Part shown: positions 23,487-24,000 of the stretch, piece by piece
Layout: each line of letters starts with the position of its first letter
Position numbering within the stretch: position 1 is the first letter of the stretch
Notes under the pieces: generated by a model
Seen by the model: the letters and a program-made list of their open reading frames with translations, nothing else
Told to the model about the DNA's origin: nothing
Databases searched by the model: none
DNA from: Geothermobacter ehrlichii
GTDB lineage: Bacteria > Desulfobacterota > Desulfuromonadia > Desulfuromonadales > Geothermobacteraceae
Assembly: GCF_008124615.1 (NCBI RefSeq)
Contig: NZ_VNIB01000017.1
Span: 22,253 to 46,252, forward strand
DNA length: 24,000 nt
Direction of reading: 5' to 3'
Position numbers and translations under genes: made by a program

Positions 23487-24000
23487 ATGTCTGCTGACAG
23501 TAAACTTGCGGGCCGCGTTCGCCAGCTGCGCGAAGAGCGGCAGCTGACCATCGAACAGCTGGCCGAGCAGAGCCGGTGCCATGTCGACGTGCTGACCCGT
23601 ATTGAGGCCGGGGAACTGGTCCCCTCGCTGACGCCGCTGATGAGCATCGCCCGCGCCCTCGGCGTCCGGCTCGGAACCCTGCTCGACGACGAGCCGCATG
23701 ACGGCCCTGCCGTGGTGAAGAAGGGGCAGTCGCCGGCCGTGATCCGCTTTTCCGGCAAGGACCCGGAAGCCCGCCGGAGCAATCTCGATTTCTACGCCCT
23801 GGGAGTGGGGAAGAAGGACCGGCACATGGAGCCCTTCGTCATCGACGTGCAGCCGCGCGAGGGGGACGAGCCGCCCCTGTCGTCGCACGAAGGAGAGGAG
23901 TTTCTCTATGTGCTTGAGGGCTGCATCGAGGTGAGGCTGGGCAAGACCGGCTACCGGCTGGAGGCCGGCGAGAGCATCTACTACGACTCGATCGTGCCGC
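23487..24000 (+). CDS. XRE-family HTH + cupin transcriptional regulator (second copy), 3' end outside the window
   Basis: Absent from the supplied ORF track because it has no stop in the window. I translated it by hand from ATG 23487 (RBS AAAGGAG at 23471-23477): MSADSKLAGRVRQLREERQLTIEQLAEQSRCHVDVLTRIEAGELVPSL...KKDRHMEPFVIDV...HEGEEFLYVLEGCIEVRLGKTGYRLEAGESIYYDSIVP. It is co-linear with the regulator at 14740..15324 (shared RHMEPF, EGEE/DGEE, VLEG, YYDS). Confidence 0.85.
   Translation, partial: MSADSKLAGRVRQLREERQLTIEQLAEQSRCHVDVLTRIEAGELVPSLTPLMSIARALGVRLGTLLDDEPHDGPAVVKKGQSPAVIRFSGKDPEARRSNLDFYALGVGKKDRHMEPFVIDVQPREGDEPPLSSHEGEEFLYVLEGCIEVRLGKTGYRLEAGESIYYDSIVP

Noticed and set aside
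1-24000. Search for CRISPR repeats, transposase or integrase genes, inverted terminal repeats, toxin-antitoxin pairs or defence-system genes.
   Set aside because: None found. Every substantial ORF has a metabolic, transport, membrane or regulatory signature. The only repeats are the 7-mer and 12-mer micro-arrays and the 18-mer enhancer sites.

Overview
GC-rich bacterial chromosomal segment. I saw no rRNA, complete tRNA, CRISPR array, transposase or integrase. Nearly all of it is a + strand catabolic gene island with the hallmarks of an anaerobe: 2-oxoacid:ferredoxin oxidoreductases (OFORs), sigma-54 control and CoA-thioester chemistry. The taxon cannot be determined from the sequence alone.

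Gene order:
- 3' end of a long-chain acyl-CoA ligase.
- A branched-chain-amino-acid-type ABC importer: LivH-like and LivM-like permeases, a periplasmic binding protein and a LivF-like ATPase.
- A PaaK-family ligase.
- A small Cys-containing protein with an N-terminal TETG repeat.
- A family III CoA-transferase.
- A BI-1/YccA membrane protein (- strand).
- An enoyl-CoA hydratase.
- A canonical four-subunit OFOR (gamma-delta-alpha-beta), then a class IV aminotransferase and an XRE-cupin regulator.
- A bidirectional terminator.
- A malonyl-CoA decarboxylase (- strand).
- A TyrR-like ACT-PAS-AAA+-HTH sigma-54 activator.
- A textbook enhancer / IHF / -24/-12 promoter region.
- A second OFOR operon whose first gene fuses the gamma subunit, a GltD/NfnB-like NAD(P)H flavoprotein and the delta ferredoxin.
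- A second XRE-cupin gene that runs off the window and is missing from the supplied ORF track.

Several track ORFs are over-extended at the 5' end; I re-set their starts using RBS position and protein N-termini. The many long Arg/Ala/Gly/Pro-rich ORFs that are antisense or in alternative frames are GC-content artefacts.

The most interesting candidate is the fused, apparently NAD(P)-linked OFOR operon with its dedicated sigma-54 enhancer architecture. There is no defence or mobile system here. The novelty is metabolic and regulatory and needs database and experimental confirmation.
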